DNA of 64,000 nucleotides from an uncultured candidate division Zixibacteria bacterium (GTDB lineage: Bacteria > Zixibacteria > MSB-5A5 > UBA10806 > 4484-95), in assembly GCA_963668625.2 (NCBI GenBank), contig CAXXKA010000008.1:1056001-1120000 (forward strand), read 5' to 3'. Under the pieces are notes generated by a model. It made no database searches. It worked only from the letters and a program-made list of their open reading frames with translations, and was not told the origin of the DNA. The stretch's first letter is position 1; every line of letters begins with the position of its first letter. The translations under genes were made by a program, and so were the position numbers. Shown here in pieces: positions 29,717-41,200 of the stretch.

Positions 29717-30990
29717 CGATCTATACCTTTACTCCTGCACCATTCCTTTATTCGTTTAACATCCCGATGTTCGCACAATTGATTATAGATTGCATCACGA
29801 TATTTATCTGGAACGTACTGGTCTGCGTAATTAAGATACCAATCAAAGATATCTTCTAGCAAGCCTGGCGCATGGTTTTTAATATCGATCATATTTTTGG
29901 GTATTGATGTTGCATAATTGTATATCAATTGACGAGCCGCATCGCCCTCAGGGGAAAATTTTAGACGCCAACTGTTCAAGCTGGATGTCCGAAAATCTTT
30001 CATCCATGACGTATATACTTTCCTGAGCAGGTCCCCGTATGATTCTTTCGGCTTTGTTATTAAAGTAACCAGTCCAAGCGTTTTACCGTTCGCCTGAAGA
30101 GGTCGCAACTGTTGGCTGAGGTAAATAGTACATGAGAAATATACGGGACGATTAACCTTCTCGGCGGCTTTGACTATCATATAAATGAGCGTATCGCTGT
30201 ACGTTCCTCCCCGTGATGGTGTTAGTTTTCCGTCTTTAAACATTTCATTTAAATCTTTGCGAAGTTTAGTATAATCTTTTTCGGTTATAAAATGCGGCGC
30301 GCCGTGATCTATCATATATTGCGGGTACCATTCTGTGTTTAGCAAGCTCCGATTTAGCACCGTAACATCCTGCCGAATACCAAGTATGTTTTGAAGAATC
30401 CACATCGGATAAGTATCGTTGTCTCCGTTGGTGATAATAATCGCATTCTTTTCCGTACTTTGTAGGATATTGTAACAAAAATCTATCACCTCATCATGAA
30501 TGATTCCGATTTCCAATAGATGTTTTAATGTTTTATTGAAAGATGCATCATCGCGATTGATCATTTGATTTACTGCAATCACGAACCAGGGATCGGGATA
30601 ACTCGGATCGAGAGCAACTGATTGCTCCAGTAGTTTCATTGTTTCAGTATTATTTGAAGCTCCCTGGTTCTTCAGAGCTCGTAAGTACAATAACGTTGGA
30701 TTAGCTTTATATTTTTCACATCCTTTATCCAGTAATTCCCAGTAATTGTCATCCTGGGCATATCGACACGCATACATCCAGTTGGCATAGGCGTACTCCG
30801 ATGGGTAAACATCGTAGTATGCTTTCCATTGTGCCGCCAGTTTCTCGTATGTCGGTTGATCGTAAATAACCAGTCTTTTGCTTTTAATTTCCTCCGGGCG
30901 CTCGATTTCACCGGCGCTCAATTGAATGACGGAAACTGCGAAAAGTAACACTACAGCAATGGATGTAAACAAACTTGTTTTGTAATTCAT
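29713..30990 (-). CDS. Secreted TPR-like protein with DUF2723/TMEM260-like C-terminal motif
   Basis: Signal peptide after AAGGAG; ITNGDNDTYPMW.LQ...GIRQDVTVLN.SLLNT.WY motif. Confidence 0.65.
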   Translation of the reverse strand: MNYKTSLFTSIAVVLLFAVSVIQLSAGEIERPEEIKSKRLVIYDQPTYEKLAAQWKAYYDVYPSEYAYANWMYACRYAQDDNYWELLDKGCEKYKANPTLLYLRALKNQGASNNTETMKLLEQSVALDPSYPDPWFVIAVNQMINRDDASFNKTLKHLLEIGIIHDEVIDFCYNILQSTEKNAIIITNGDNDTYPMWILQNILGIRQDVTVLNRSLLNTEWYPQYMIDHGAPHFITEKDYTKLRKDLNEMFKDGKLTPSRGGTYSDTLIYMIVKAAEKVNRPVYFSCTIYLSQQLRPLQANGKTLGLVTLITKPKESYGDLLRKVYTSWMKDFRTSSLNSWRLKFSPEGDAARQLIYNYATSIPKNMIDIKNHAPGLLEDIFDWYLNYADQYVPDKYRDAIYNQLCEHRDVKRIKEWCRSKGIDR

Positions 30991-31119
30991 AATATTTTCT
31001 CCTTTCTGATAATACAATCCGACAGGCTTCGAAATGTTCATCAATATTCGAGAAAATAAGCAATTAATAATAGCTGGTAACCGGCTGAATGGTTTTCAAT
31101 CACCGGGAAATATAAATTA

Positions 31120-32415
31120 TTAGATATCCAGGATCAATGTTTTATTAATGGCTCGAATCTTATCAGGATCGACATCGGTGTTTTTGGCATATTCCGGCCA
31201 TCTTGATATGGTCTCGATTATCCTATCGAGTATCTCCCCGGGCTTTTTGATATTCATATTAGACGCCAGGCTCAGTATATCCTCCCGGGTGATATCATCT
31301 CGCTTTTCGTTTATACTCATCTGATGCCTCCTGGTCCATTTACGTTCGGGGTTGTAGGCGAAAGTGATATCATATGCCGGTGACAGCCGCCATACACCTT
31401 TCTTATCCATTAAAAAAGATATATTCTTGGTATGATCATCCTGGTTGCGGGCAACGACATTAAAGCACATTCTTCTGAATAACTCCTCAGAGTCAGGGTA
31501 TGGCAGGTTCAATTGCCTGATCACCTGAAAAGCCTGTTCGTAGGAATACGATAATGGCTGGTTGTAGTCGAAATGAGCCAATCCGCAAAGTGTCTGCATA
31601 TGTATTTTCTCGCCGCCCTCACGATCGAACCGTCTGGTCATGAAATGAGCGCGCTTGTTTTCATACTTCAGATCGCACTCTGTCATATTTATTCCGCAGT
31701 CTCCGGCCATAAAGTAATATGCATACTCAATTTTCCCGTACCCCTCGGGATCACCTAACTGCTTATTAGTTACGCCATCGAGTTTGATAATCCAGTAATC
31801 GTAACCGTTTAGATTATCGGTCTGACCCGAGCGGATATCTCCGGATATTTTATTATAAGCGATTACCGCTTTGGCTCTGGCTCCGCCTGCCGAGGTACCA
31901 ACCCTGATTATATCATTTAAACCGTCTTTATCGAGTTCGCTCATGTTAGTGCGAAGTTTGTCCCGGTCGGCAATTACCTGGGAGGCCAGGCGAACCAGCT
32001 TGTCGAGCTCGATCGATTTGGCCTCGCTCTCGAACATCTTGAGAGGCGGTTCATACTCGAGAGCGCCCATACCTCTTTTACCGGTGTAACACAGGCGTTC
32101 TACCGGCGTGATCGAACCCGGCGAGCGTCCCTGTTCGGCCAACCACCTGTTTACCAACTCGGTACCATATCGGTCGGGAAGGCTATCGGCAAGCATACCC
32201 GGTAAGCCGCTGTATGTAATAAATCGCAAATCCGGAAATTCGAATATGGTATGACCGTCCAGGGCGCGACGAATAGGCATGGTAAGAGGCGCCAGATCGT
32301 AGCCGCGTTTCAAGAAACCGCGATCATACTCGAATGAGGCGTACCCCGAATCGGCATTCCAGGCGACCGCCCCGACAAACTCGCCCCAGATTCTAACCTC
32401 GGCAACATCGATCAT
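31120..32415 (-). CDS. hipA: HipA-family Ser/Thr kinase toxin
   Basis: DSLPD.YG, GTSAGGARAKA, RNQDDHTKN, LSPAYD. Confidence 0.95.
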   Translation of the reverse strand: MIDVAEVRIWGEFVGAVAWNADSGYASFEYDRGFLKRGYDLAPLTMPIRRALDGHTIFEFPDLRFITYSGLPGMLADSLPDRYGTELVNRWLAEQGRSPGSITPVERLCYTGKRGMGALEYEPPLKMFESEAKSIELDKLVRLASQVIADRDKLRTNMSELDKDGLNDIIRVGTSAGGARAKAVIAYNKISGDIRSGQTDNLNGYDYWIIKLDGVTNKQLGDPEGYGKIEYAYYFMAGDCGINMTECDLKYENKRAHFMTRRFDREGGEKIHMQTLCGLAHFDYNQPLSYSYEQAFQVIRQLNLPYPDSEELFRRMCFNVVARNQDDHTKNISFLMDKKGVWRLSPAYDITFAYNPERKWTRRHQMSINEKRDDITREDILSLASNMNIKKPGEILDRIIETISRWPEYAKNTDVDPDKIRAINKTLILDI

Positions 32416-32437
32416 AGTAAATGTCCGTCGTCCATTG

Positions 32438-32770
32438 CTATGTATTTTTCCGTGGATGAGAGGCTCGTTGGCGTTTGTTTTTACTCATGCGCAGCCTTTC
32501 CAGGGGGCTTATTTTGACATCCTCGCGAAATCCATTCAGGATATCGAGCTTATCCATAGCCCGTAATACACCCACTATAGTCAGAAGAGTAGCGGCCCGG
32601 CCACCCTCGAGGCGACTAATGGTTACCCGGTTTAGTCCCGATATCCGAGCGAGTTGCTCCTGGGACAGATTACGGTTTAGCCTCATTTGCTTGAGATTGG
32701 CGCCAATCTCTTTTACAATCGCTGGATCGGCCATTGCCCGCCAATCGTTTTTGTTGCTTTCCGTATACAT
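32438..32770 (-). CDS. hipB: HipB-like XRE antitoxin
   Basis: HTH_3 (RLNRNLSQEQLARISGL...TISRLEGG) immediately upstream of hipA. Confidence 0.8.
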   Translation of the reverse strand: MYTESNKNDWRAMADPAIVKEIGANLKQMRLNRNLSQEQLARISGLNRVTISRLEGGRAATLLTIVGVLRAMDKLDILNGFREDVKISPLERLRMSKNKRQRASHPRKNT

Positions 32771-33207
32771 AATCAGTAATATCCTTTTGTATTGTAGCTT
32801 GTATGTATCATATACTAATATTCGACTGAAATCAAGATTTATTTATGGGAATATTATAATTAAAAGTTATATCACTACTGTCCGGCCTTTTCATCTCGTT
32901 GTGAAGCGCTGCTTCGCAACGTGGCTTGTTTGCCGGCAGAATGCGCACTCTACATGGCTCAAGAAGGTCCCCAGGCAGCGCTTTGAAACCAGGGAACTAA
33001 GCCTAACATCGACAGGACATATCAGGATACATGATACGCTGAATATCGGAAAATATCTTTCACTAACAATTCCAAGGAGAAATTTACTGAAAAACACCGG
33101 ACACTAGTGAAGTTATATGTAGAATCACTCCTACATTTTAAAGTCAATTTAGCCATGATATTAAATTTATAGAATCCCCCCGGAAATCGATAATTTGCAT
33201 TTATTAA

Positions 33208-34272
33208 TTATCCGAAAAGCCATTGAATACGCAAACCCAGATCGATAATGATATCCATCGACAGCTCCGAATCGATTATGGCCAGGTTGGTGGTATCGGA
33301 GTTCATATGATCAGCCCTGAACAGGAATCCCATCGAGGGGCTCAAATATAACTTGCTGATATTACCTCCGCCGATTAATCCCGATAAGTTTATTCTGGGA
33401 CTCCAGTATAAATCCATCAACATACCGAAACTGCCCTTGCTTTTGTATAACATATACTGATCGACATCCCCCAACGGCTCGAATTTCACCGATCCCATCC
33501 TGAGTAGAAAGTAAAACGAATCGGTGTCGATCAAGCCGAATACGCCTTTTCCGGTGAGCCTGGTGTCGACTATAAGATCGCCGGTTTGCCCCTCGCCGGT
33601 GGAGGCCGTAAGGATCGATTCATGCGGCTTTTTCAGTACCGATCTGTATATACCGAAACGTATATATTTATTCTCAATGATGTTCTTTTTTAATATGCAT
33701 AAATACCAGTCCTTGAAATCGGCCTGAAACTCGAATGAATCATCGAGATCGAGATATGTCATCACGCCATTACGGTCGGCGAATACGGATTGCTCCACGG
33801 CGATCCCAATGCCCTGGAAATAATTTCGACGATAATCGAATCGAAGACCCGAGAGAAATCTGATGAATCCGTTTTCACTACCGACACCCAGCGGCAACAA
33901 ATCGAGATAGATAAGGTAGTCCTCGAAAGAACTGGTCCCGCTTTCGTTTTTTCTCAATATGATATTATGCTCCGGCGTGTCCTCGAACGGCCGTTGAATT
34001 CGTCCGCCGAAGAAGCGGTTTTTATTCAGAGTGAGGTTGCCCTCTACTGTCCAGGAGGCGACCGGCTCGGATTCGTAGTCGATGGCGTGGCCGGTATACT
34101 CCTCGTCATCGTCATCATCACTGGTAAACCAAACACTGAAATGCGACCTGGCTTTGATATCCGTGCCCACATCCATTCCGAAAAGATCGATTGCCACAGC
34201 CGGATTGACTTTTACGAGTAGAATTACCAGCGTTATTAGTATCCAACATAAGCGTTTATCGCGTACTATCAT
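33208..34272 (-). CDS. Hypothetical exported protein, probably an outer-membrane beta-barrel
   Basis: GAGGAGG RBS, signal peptide, alternating hydrophobic strands, C-terminal LGLRIQWLFG. Confidence 0.6.
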   Translation of the reverse strand: MIVRDKRLCWILITLVILLVKVNPAVAIDLFGMDVGTDIKARSHFSVWFTSDDDDDEEYTGHAIDYESEPVASWTVEGNLTLNKNRFFGGRIQRPFEDTPEHNIILRKNESGTSSFEDYLIYLDLLPLGVGSENGFIRFLSGLRFDYRRNYFQGIGIAVEQSVFADRNGVMTYLDLDDSFEFQADFKDWYLCILKKNIIENKYIRFGIYRSVLKKPHESILTASTGEGQTGDLIVDTRLTGKGVFGLIDTDSFYFLLRMGSVKFEPLGDVDQYMLYKSKGSFGMLMDLYWSPRINLSGLIGGGNISKLYLSPSMGFLFRADHMNSDTTNLAIIDSELSMDIIIDLGLRIQWLFG

Positions 34273-34552
34273 TATGATTTGCCTCCTCGATTAAATGATC
34301 GTAAAAAAGCGATTCTCAAATGTATTGATTTTGTTATTTTGTAGCAATGGTTTTTATTGTATCTATAATAAAACGTATTACTCTCCGGAAAAGTCGTCGG
34401 AGGATGGAGCATTTTATGGAGACGAGTGATTAACGGGGGTTATTGGGCCGAATGATTAAACTTTGTGGGCAGGTTTCGTGTATAATATACAAACGATTAA
34501 TCGTATCCCGTACCGCCGGGGATAAATTAAACGGGGGATATCTTAGATATTC

Positions 34553-35458
34553 GTGGCAGACAACAGTTTAATACTATCATCGAAAAACACCGAAAGAAAG
34601 GTGCTGATAGTTGCGCTTGTTTTATCGCTTCTATTTCACCTTTTACTCCTGTTATTTATCAAATTCGACCTGTTCAAGTTTTTTGATATTCCCGAGGCGG
34701 CGAAAGATACTCACGAGCCGGTTACTTTCGTATTTCCCGAAAACAATCCCCGGCAGGTGGTTGAGAATATCAATGAGAACGGTGAAAAGCCGGATAAATC
34801 GGATCTGCTGTCGGATAATGATTCCCGAGCCAGAAGCGATATACTGATGGAACAGCGAGGTGACCAGCCATACAGCGAGGGCAACACCGATCTCATGAAT
34901 ATGTCGAAACCCGAGGCCATGGCGGAGCACCAAAATGATATAACGGAAAATTTCAGGGAGAGCGAGGAGTTCTACCGCGAGGCATTGCTAGAGGATGATG
35001 GCGCCGGAGCTGTATCAAAAACCAACCGTCAAAAGTATGTCGCGCCTCGCATTACTCCCGAGCGAAATAACAGGCCGGGCACGAATAATATGCTTAACCA
35101 GAGGGACTTATCCTCCGATTTGCTGGGTGATATTTCGCTGAGCACTTACGCCTGGGAATGGACTCCTTATATGAATGCGTTTAAAAGAAAGCTGTACGAA
35201 AACTGGCGGGTACCGAGTGGTTATTACCTGTTCGGTATCAAAGGCAAAACGATAATCGAGTTCACGATAGATCGTTCGGGCAATCTCGTAAGAAGTCAGG
35301 TTCTCAGTCACGAGGGACATGAGTCTTTAAGAGTATCGAGCGAGCTGGTGATAAAAAAATGCTTTCCCCTTCAACCCTTGCCGGTTAGCTTTCCTGATGA
35401 TTCACTAAATGTTCAATTCACCCTGCTATACCCCGGGGTGGAGAAAAGGATTAGGTAA
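34553..35458 (+). CDS. TonB/TolA family energy transducer
   Basis: N-terminal TM with SLLFHLL, C-terminal TonB_C (IEFTIDRSGNL); followed by exbBD. Confidence 0.8.
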   Translation: MADNSLILSSKNTERKVLIVALVLSLLFHLLLLLFIKFDLFKFFDIPEAAKDTHEPVTFVFPENNPRQVVENINENGEKPDKSDLLSDNDSRARSDILMEQRGDQPYSEGNTDLMNMSKPEAMAEHQNDITENFRESEEFYREALLEDDGAGAVSKTNRQKYVAPRITPERNNRPGTNNMLNQRDLSSDLLGDISLSTYAWEWTPYMNAFKRKLYENWRVPSGYYLFGIKGKTIIEFTIDRSGNLVRSQVLSHEGHESLRVSSELVIKKCFPLQPLPVSFPDDSLNVQFTLLYPGVEKRIR

Positions 35459-35459
35459 T

Positions 35460-36131
35460 ATGCTGGAGTTTTTCTCGAGAGGCGGTTTCATGATGTATCC
35501 ACTGGCGCTATCCTCGCTGGTGATGGTAACTATTATCGTGGAGCGGTTATTCATGCTAAGGCGGTCGAAGATTATCATAGCCGAGATAATTGGCGTGGTC
35601 GAACAGTTTAACTCGCGCAAGGACCTGGATTTGGCCAAGAAAATATGTTCGCGATACGAGGGGCCGTTGCCCAATATCGTGAAGCTTCAACTGGAAAATA
35701 TCGATCTGGGCAAGGATGATACCAAAGAGCTGATCGAGGATCAGGGCCGTCAGGAGATAAGCCGCCTGGGGAGAGGGCTGGGGGTACTCGAGACGATCGC
35801 CTCGATAGCGCCTCTTCTGGGATTGGCCGGTACGGTACTGGGTATGATAAAAGTCTTCGGCGTGATCAAAGAACAGGGAATCGGCCAGGCCTCGGCTCTT
35901 TCCGGAGGTATATCGGAGGCGTTATTAACCACCGTAACCGGCTTGTTTATCGGCATACCGGCGCTGGTGTTTTTCAACTATTTCTCACATAAGTCCGAAA
36001 AGTATACGCTGGAGATAGAGAAATACACCTCGACATTATACCGTAAGGTTAACCTGATGAAAAACTCCGAGGGCTCGATGGAGGATAACATGTCGGACTA
36101 TGGCATTCAACCATCTAAACACGAAAAGTAG
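35460..36131 (+). CDS. exbB: MotA/TolQ/ExbB proton channel protein
   Basis: GGFMMYPL, TIASIAPLLGLAGTVLGMI..F, GGISEALLTT..GL. Confidence 0.92.
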   Translation: MLEFFSRGGFMMYPLALSSLVMVTIIVERLFMLRRSKIIIAEIIGVVEQFNSRKDLDLAKKICSRYEGPLPNIVKLQLENIDLGKDDTKELIEDQGRQEISRLGRGLGVLETIASIAPLLGLAGTVLGMIKVFGVIKEQGIGQASALSGGISEALLTTVTGLFIGIPALVFFNYFSHKSEKYTLEIEKYTSTLYRKVNLMKNSEGSMEDNMSDYGIQPSKHEK

Positions 36132-36137
36132 CCGCCG

Positions 36138-36542
36138 ATGAAATTAGCCGTAAAAAACAAACGTAAAGCCGGATTGAACTTAACGCCTCTCATTGACGTG
36201 CTTTTTATCCTGATTATATTTTTCGCCGTATCCTCCACGTTTTTAGAACAGCCGGGTATAGAATTAAAACTACCCGAGGCCGAAAGCGGCGTGGATCTTC
36301 CGATGGAGAAAATCGTTATTCATATAGATAAGACCGAAAAATTGTACATAAACGATAAAGCCGTTAGCCGCGAGGAACTTGCCGATCAAGTTCTGGAGTT
36401 AATCGGCGATGAGGGCGAGAAAAGCGTGACATTGAACGCCGATACGGAGGTTCATCACGGCGCGGTAATATCGTTAATGGATGATTTACGCAAGAAAGGC
36501 ATATACAAGATTACTGTCTCCACGGTCAAACCCTCATTATAG
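36138..36542 (+). CDS. exbD: Biopolymer transport protein ExbD/TolR
   Basis: NLTPLIDVLFILIIFF, LPEA, NAD. Confidence 0.92.
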   Translation: MKLAVKNKRKAGLNLTPLIDVLFILIIFFAVSSTFLEQPGIELKLPEAESGVDLPMEKIVIHIDKTEKLYINDKAVSREELADQVLELIGDEGEKSVTLNADTEVHHGAVISLMDDLRKKGIYKITVSTVKPSL

Positions 36543-36578
36543 TTTTTTAACATTTCCCTTGATTTTCATGAAATTTAT

Positions 36579-36605
36579 TTGTATCTGCAACAATTGCAGT
36601 TGCAA
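36579..36605. promoter_or_regulatory. Tandem MarR operator-like palindromes (third copy at 37088-37099)
   Basis: TTGTATCTGCAA, TTGCAGTTGCAA and TTGTAGATGCAA (TTGYA-NN-TGCAA) flank the marR gene. Confidence 0.6.
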
Positions 36606-36624
36606 CACGTAGGAGGGGATTAGT

Positions 36625-37074
36625 ATGGTTAGCAAATCGATAAAGATGAAATTCGAAGGGCTGTTCAAGGAGATATTCCTGACAGTATTCCAATTTAAAG
36701 AGCGAACGCGCAGGAAACTTCTGGATAATAATTTCGAGATGTCATTCGAACAGTCTATGGTGCTTTTCCTTTTAGAGGCGAATGAGGGTCGAAGTATGAC
36801 CGATTTAGCCTGTCGCTCACCGAGAGACAAAACCACCATGACAAGGATGATAGACGGATTGGAGAAAAGCGGGCTTGCCAAGCGGGTACCGTGTAAAACG
36901 GATCGCCGCCAGATAAATATCTACCTGACCGGCAAAGGCAAAAAGAAAATCGAGGAAATTAAATCTCTTAAGCCGGATACTCTGGATGTCGCTTTCAAGG
37001 GATTGAAATCCGAAGAACTGGCAACGACAATTAGAACTTTACGGAAAATGCAGGAGAACCTGAAGGAGGGTTAG
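36625..37074 (+). CDS. MarR-family transcriptional regulator
   Basis: DKTTMTRMIDGLEKSGL..R.....DRR...IYLTGKGK. Confidence 0.93.
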   Translation: MVSKSIKMKFEGLFKEIFLTVFQFKERTRRKLLDNNFEMSFEQSMVLFLLEANEGRSMTDLACRSPRDKTTMTRMIDGLEKSGLAKRVPCKTDRRQINIYLTGKGKKKIEEIKSLKPDTLDVAFKGLKSEELATTIRTLRKMQENLKEG

Positions 37075-37176
37075 ATTCATTTATTGGTTGTAGATGCAAT
37101 ATTCGTGAGAACTAATTAAGCCCCCCGCTAGTTTTCGTGTCTGAATAAATTAACGAGAGATAAAGGAGATGGCAGA

Positions 37177-38289
37177 TTGAACAGGATTAAAAGCGCTTTA
37201 ATAGCCGGATCGATTATTATATTGGGTATTCTTCTTTTTATGATTTTTAGTAGTCAGAAAAAGCCGATGAAAATGAATCCCGGCGTGAAAACGGAAAGAG
37301 AATTAAAAACTATAATCGCCGAAAACCAACCGATCGAGCTCGATTTTAAAGTGAGCGGTACCCTTCACTCGCGCGATAAAATAGACCTGTACGCCGAGGT
37401 AAGCGGCACATTGGAACAGGGAGGCAAGCAGTTCAAAGAGGGAGTTGCTTTCGATAACGGCGAGGTCGTATTTCATATTAACGATGATGTTTATAAAAAC
37501 ACGGTACTGGCGCAAAAAAGCAGTTTTTTGAATCAGTTAACGCAGCTACTGCCCGACCTTGAAATCGATTTCCCTAATACTATCGATACCTGGAATAACT
37601 ACCTTGATCGATTCGATTTCGATAAACCCTTAGCGCCGTTACCAGAGCCCTCCAACAGCCGCGAGCGAAACTACCTGGCGGCGCGTAATATCTATAATCT
37701 TTTCTATACTATCAAAGGCATGGAGGCGACCCTCGAGAAATACACCATGCGCGCCCCTTACGACGGTATAGTTACCGAGTCGAACCTCAATCCGGGAATG
37801 CTTGTCAGGAGCGGCCAGAAATTGGGCGAATTTACCAGTACCGATATCTTCGAGCTGGAGGCCTCGGTTGGCCTGGCCGAGATAAGGAATATAAAACGCG
37901 GCCAGTCCGTGAAACTTACATCGGATGATATACCGGGCGAATTCAAAGGTGTAATTCAACGGATTAACGATAAAATCGACCAGGCCTCGCAAACATTGAT
38001 GGTTTACATTACCACCTCGGATAAACGTTTGAAGGATGGTATGTACCTGACCGCTCATATAACGACACGTACCATTGAGGCCGCGGTTAAGGTGCCTCAG
38101 AGAGTTCTTGATAATGATATAGTATACGGCCTTCAAGATTCCGCCGTTGTCAGGCATGCCATTGAAATTATCGGAACCGAAAACGGCAACGTAATAGTCA
38201 CCGGAATTCCTGATGGCGTGGTGATTCTGGATGAGGATATTAAGGGTGTCGCCGGGGGTACGAAACTTTCAGAGATAGCACTGGATTAG
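37177..38289 (+). CDS. RND efflux periplasmic adaptor (MFP)
   Basis: N-terminal TM, AEVSG, RAPYDGIV, LKDGMYL. Confidence 0.88.
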   Translation: MNRIKSALIAGSIIILGILLFMIFSSQKKPMKMNPGVKTERELKTIIAENQPIELDFKVSGTLHSRDKIDLYAEVSGTLEQGGKQFKEGVAFDNGEVVFHINDDVYKNTVLAQKSSFLNQLTQLLPDLEIDFPNTIDTWNNYLDRFDFDKPLAPLPEPSNSRERNYLAARNIYNLFYTIKGMEATLEKYTMRAPYDGIVTESNLNPGMLVRSGQKLGEFTSTDIFELEASVGLAEIRNIKRGQSVKLTSDDIPGEFKGVIQRINDKIDQASQTLMVYITTSDKRLKDGMYLTAHITTRTIEAAVKVPQRVLDNDIVYGLQDSAVVRHAIEIIGTENGNVIVTGIPDGVVILDEDIKGVAGGTKLSEIALD

Positions 38290-38297
38290 GGGGCTGA

Positions 38298-41200
38298 ATG
38301 CGGAATGTCATAAGGCAATTTATCAAATATCCTGTTCTGGGAAACGCTATAATTGTTCGCGGTTTTACTGTTCGGTATTATAACTTTTCGAACGACTCAA
38401 ACCACCTTTTTCCCCGATGTCGAGAGCCATACTATTTACATACAGGCCGCTTACCCGGGCGCCTCTCCCGAGGAGATCGAGGAAGGTATCGTCCTGAAGA
38501 TCGAGGATAATCTTAAAGGCGTTACCGGTGTCGACCGGGTCACCTCCACTTCCAGCGAGAATTCAGCCAGTATCACTTTAGAATTATTGAGCGGTTATGA
38601 TATTAACGAAGTCCTTCAGGATGTAAAAAATGCGGTCGACCAGATAAGCTCGTTCCCTGTCGATATGGAGGAACTCGATCGTATACAAGCAGGAGATGCT
38701 CAATTTCGGCGTCAGTTTCGTGATTAGCGGCGACGTCGATCTGAAGACTCTCAAAGAGACCGCCCGTAGAATCGAACGCGACTTGCTCAATTTTCATGAT
38801 ATATCGAAAATAGAGATAACCGGCTTTCCCGATGAGGAGATCGAGGTAAGTATCCGCGAAAGCGATATGCGAAAGTTCGGATTGACTTTCGACCAGGTCT
38901 CGACCGCTATAAAAAAACGCCAATGTGAAATTGACCGGAGGCACTATCAAAGGCGCCAAAGAGGAACTCCTCGTTAGGGCGGATGCCAAGAAATATTACG
39001 CCAAAGATCTGGGTAATCATGTAGTAAAAGCAACCTCGGACGGAACGATAGTGCGTTTGAAAGATATAGCCACCTTAAGCGATAGATGGGCCGATAGCCC
39101 CAATCGTATCTACTATAACAATCAAGCCGCTGTCCAGATTAGTGTGAACAATACCAATGAGGAGGATTTATTCGTAAGCTCCAATTATGTGTTGGAATAT
39201 GTTGATAAATTCAATGCCGAGCATGATAAGATAACCGCCAGTGTTATTCGCGATGGCTCTAAGATAGTGGGCGAGCGTGCCAATATCCTCATGAAAAACG
39301 GTATTATCGGTTTGGTGGCTGGTTTTACTGTTCCTGTCGCTTTCGCTGAATACTCGCCTGGCTTTCTGGGTTGTCCCTGGCAATTCCCGTCTCGTTTGCC
39401 GGTATGTTCATGATCAGCCCGTTTTACGGTTTCACTTTCAATGTGATGTCGCTGATGGCTTATGATCCTGGTGATAGGGTATACTGGTTGATGATGGCAT
39501 TGTTATAGGTGAAAATATTTATCAGCAGTACGAGAAAGGCAAAAATCCCCTGGAGGCGGCGGTCACCGGTACGATGGAGGTTTTGCCGGCGGTGACCTCG
39601 GCTATTTTTACCACGACAGTGATTTTTATGACATTCTTCTTCCTTGAAGGCAGGATGGGGCGATCGAACCAAAGATATCGCATTTGTCGTAGCAGCCACC
39701 CTGTTATTTTCGCTGGTCGAGGGGATTTTCATATTGCCTTCCCATATAGCCCACTCCAAAGCCCTGCGTACCAAGCAATCGGATAAAAGTAAGCTGGAGA
39801 TTTTCAGCACGAAGGTACTTCAATGGTTTAAGATTAAAACATATATGCCAATGTTAAAATTCTGTATCAATCATCCATTTATTGCCCCTGACAATTCCGA
39901 TCGCCTTATTCATGATTACCATAGGTGCGATCAAAGGCAGGCAGCGGTTATCAAAACCACCTTCTTCCCGGCGCTGGAGGCCGACTATGTAGCGATTAAC
40001 CTGGAGATGCCTGCCGGAACCCCCGATGCGGTTACCGATAGTATTCTTCAGGATTTGCAAAAATCCATAGTGGCTGTCAATAATGATTATATGGATTCGC
40101 ACGATGGCGATACGCTCATCACGGCGATCACCCGAAGAGTTGGGCCCAATACGCATGAGGGAACGATATCCGCGCCGCTTATAGAGGGGCGTTATCGTGA
40201 TTGGACCAACACTGAGGTTGCCGGTAGGATAAGGGAAAATATAGGCGTGGGTCGAGGACGCGGAACTTCTCGAGGGTGGATGACGGCGGTGGTTTTTTTC
40301 GGCAAGCCCGTGTCTATCGTATTAAAAAGCGATAATCTTCAAAAACTGCAAGAGGGCCAAGGATGTCTTGAAGATAGAGCTAAAGAAGGTCGGCGATTTA
40401 GCGGATGTCATCGATGATAACCCGCCCGGTCTTCGCGAGGTAAAGGTCACCCTGAAAGATAAAGCATTCGCTCTGGGATTGACTGCCAATTCGGTGCTAA
40501 ACCAGGTTCGTGGCGGCTTTTTCGGCAGCCAGGCACAGCGCATACTGCGTGGGATCGATGAGGTGAAGATATATGTTCGTTACGATATGGCTGATCGTTC
40601 CTCGATAGATGATTTACGTAGTATGAGAATCAGGACAACCGACGGACGCGAGTTTCCGTTGGAGGAGATCGCCACATTCGAGATCGACCAGGGCGTTATG
40701 TCTATCAAGCATATCGACGCCCAGAGAGTGATAACGGTAGAGGCTAATATATCCAACCCCAGTGAGTCGGTTACCGATATCCTGGCTGACATTTCGACCG
40801 ATATCATGCCGGGGATCATCGAGCGGTACCCCGAGGTAGATTTCGCTTTCGAGGGCCAGAGCCGTGAAAGCGCCAAGACCACCTCGGCTATGATGATGGT
40901 GGTGCCGGCCGTGCTGGTGCTGATGTTTCTCATCATCGTAGTCACTTTCAGGTCGTTCATACAGGCGGGCATGGTTATCATACTGATACCGTTTAGCCTG
41001 ATTGGTGTTGCCTGGGGGCATTTCTTCCAGGGCTATTTCATAAGTATGCTCTCTCTTTTCGGGACGATTGCCCTGGCTGGTATCGTTATTAATGATTCGC
41101 TGGTGTTCGTGAACGCATTCAACCGGTATCTGAAAGCCGGTATGAAATTCAAAGACGCTTTATTGGAAACCGGAGATTCGAGATTCAGGCCGGTTCTTTT

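Noticed and set aside
32475-33107. 210-aa plus-strand ORF
   Set aside because: Mostly antisense to hipB, with no motif
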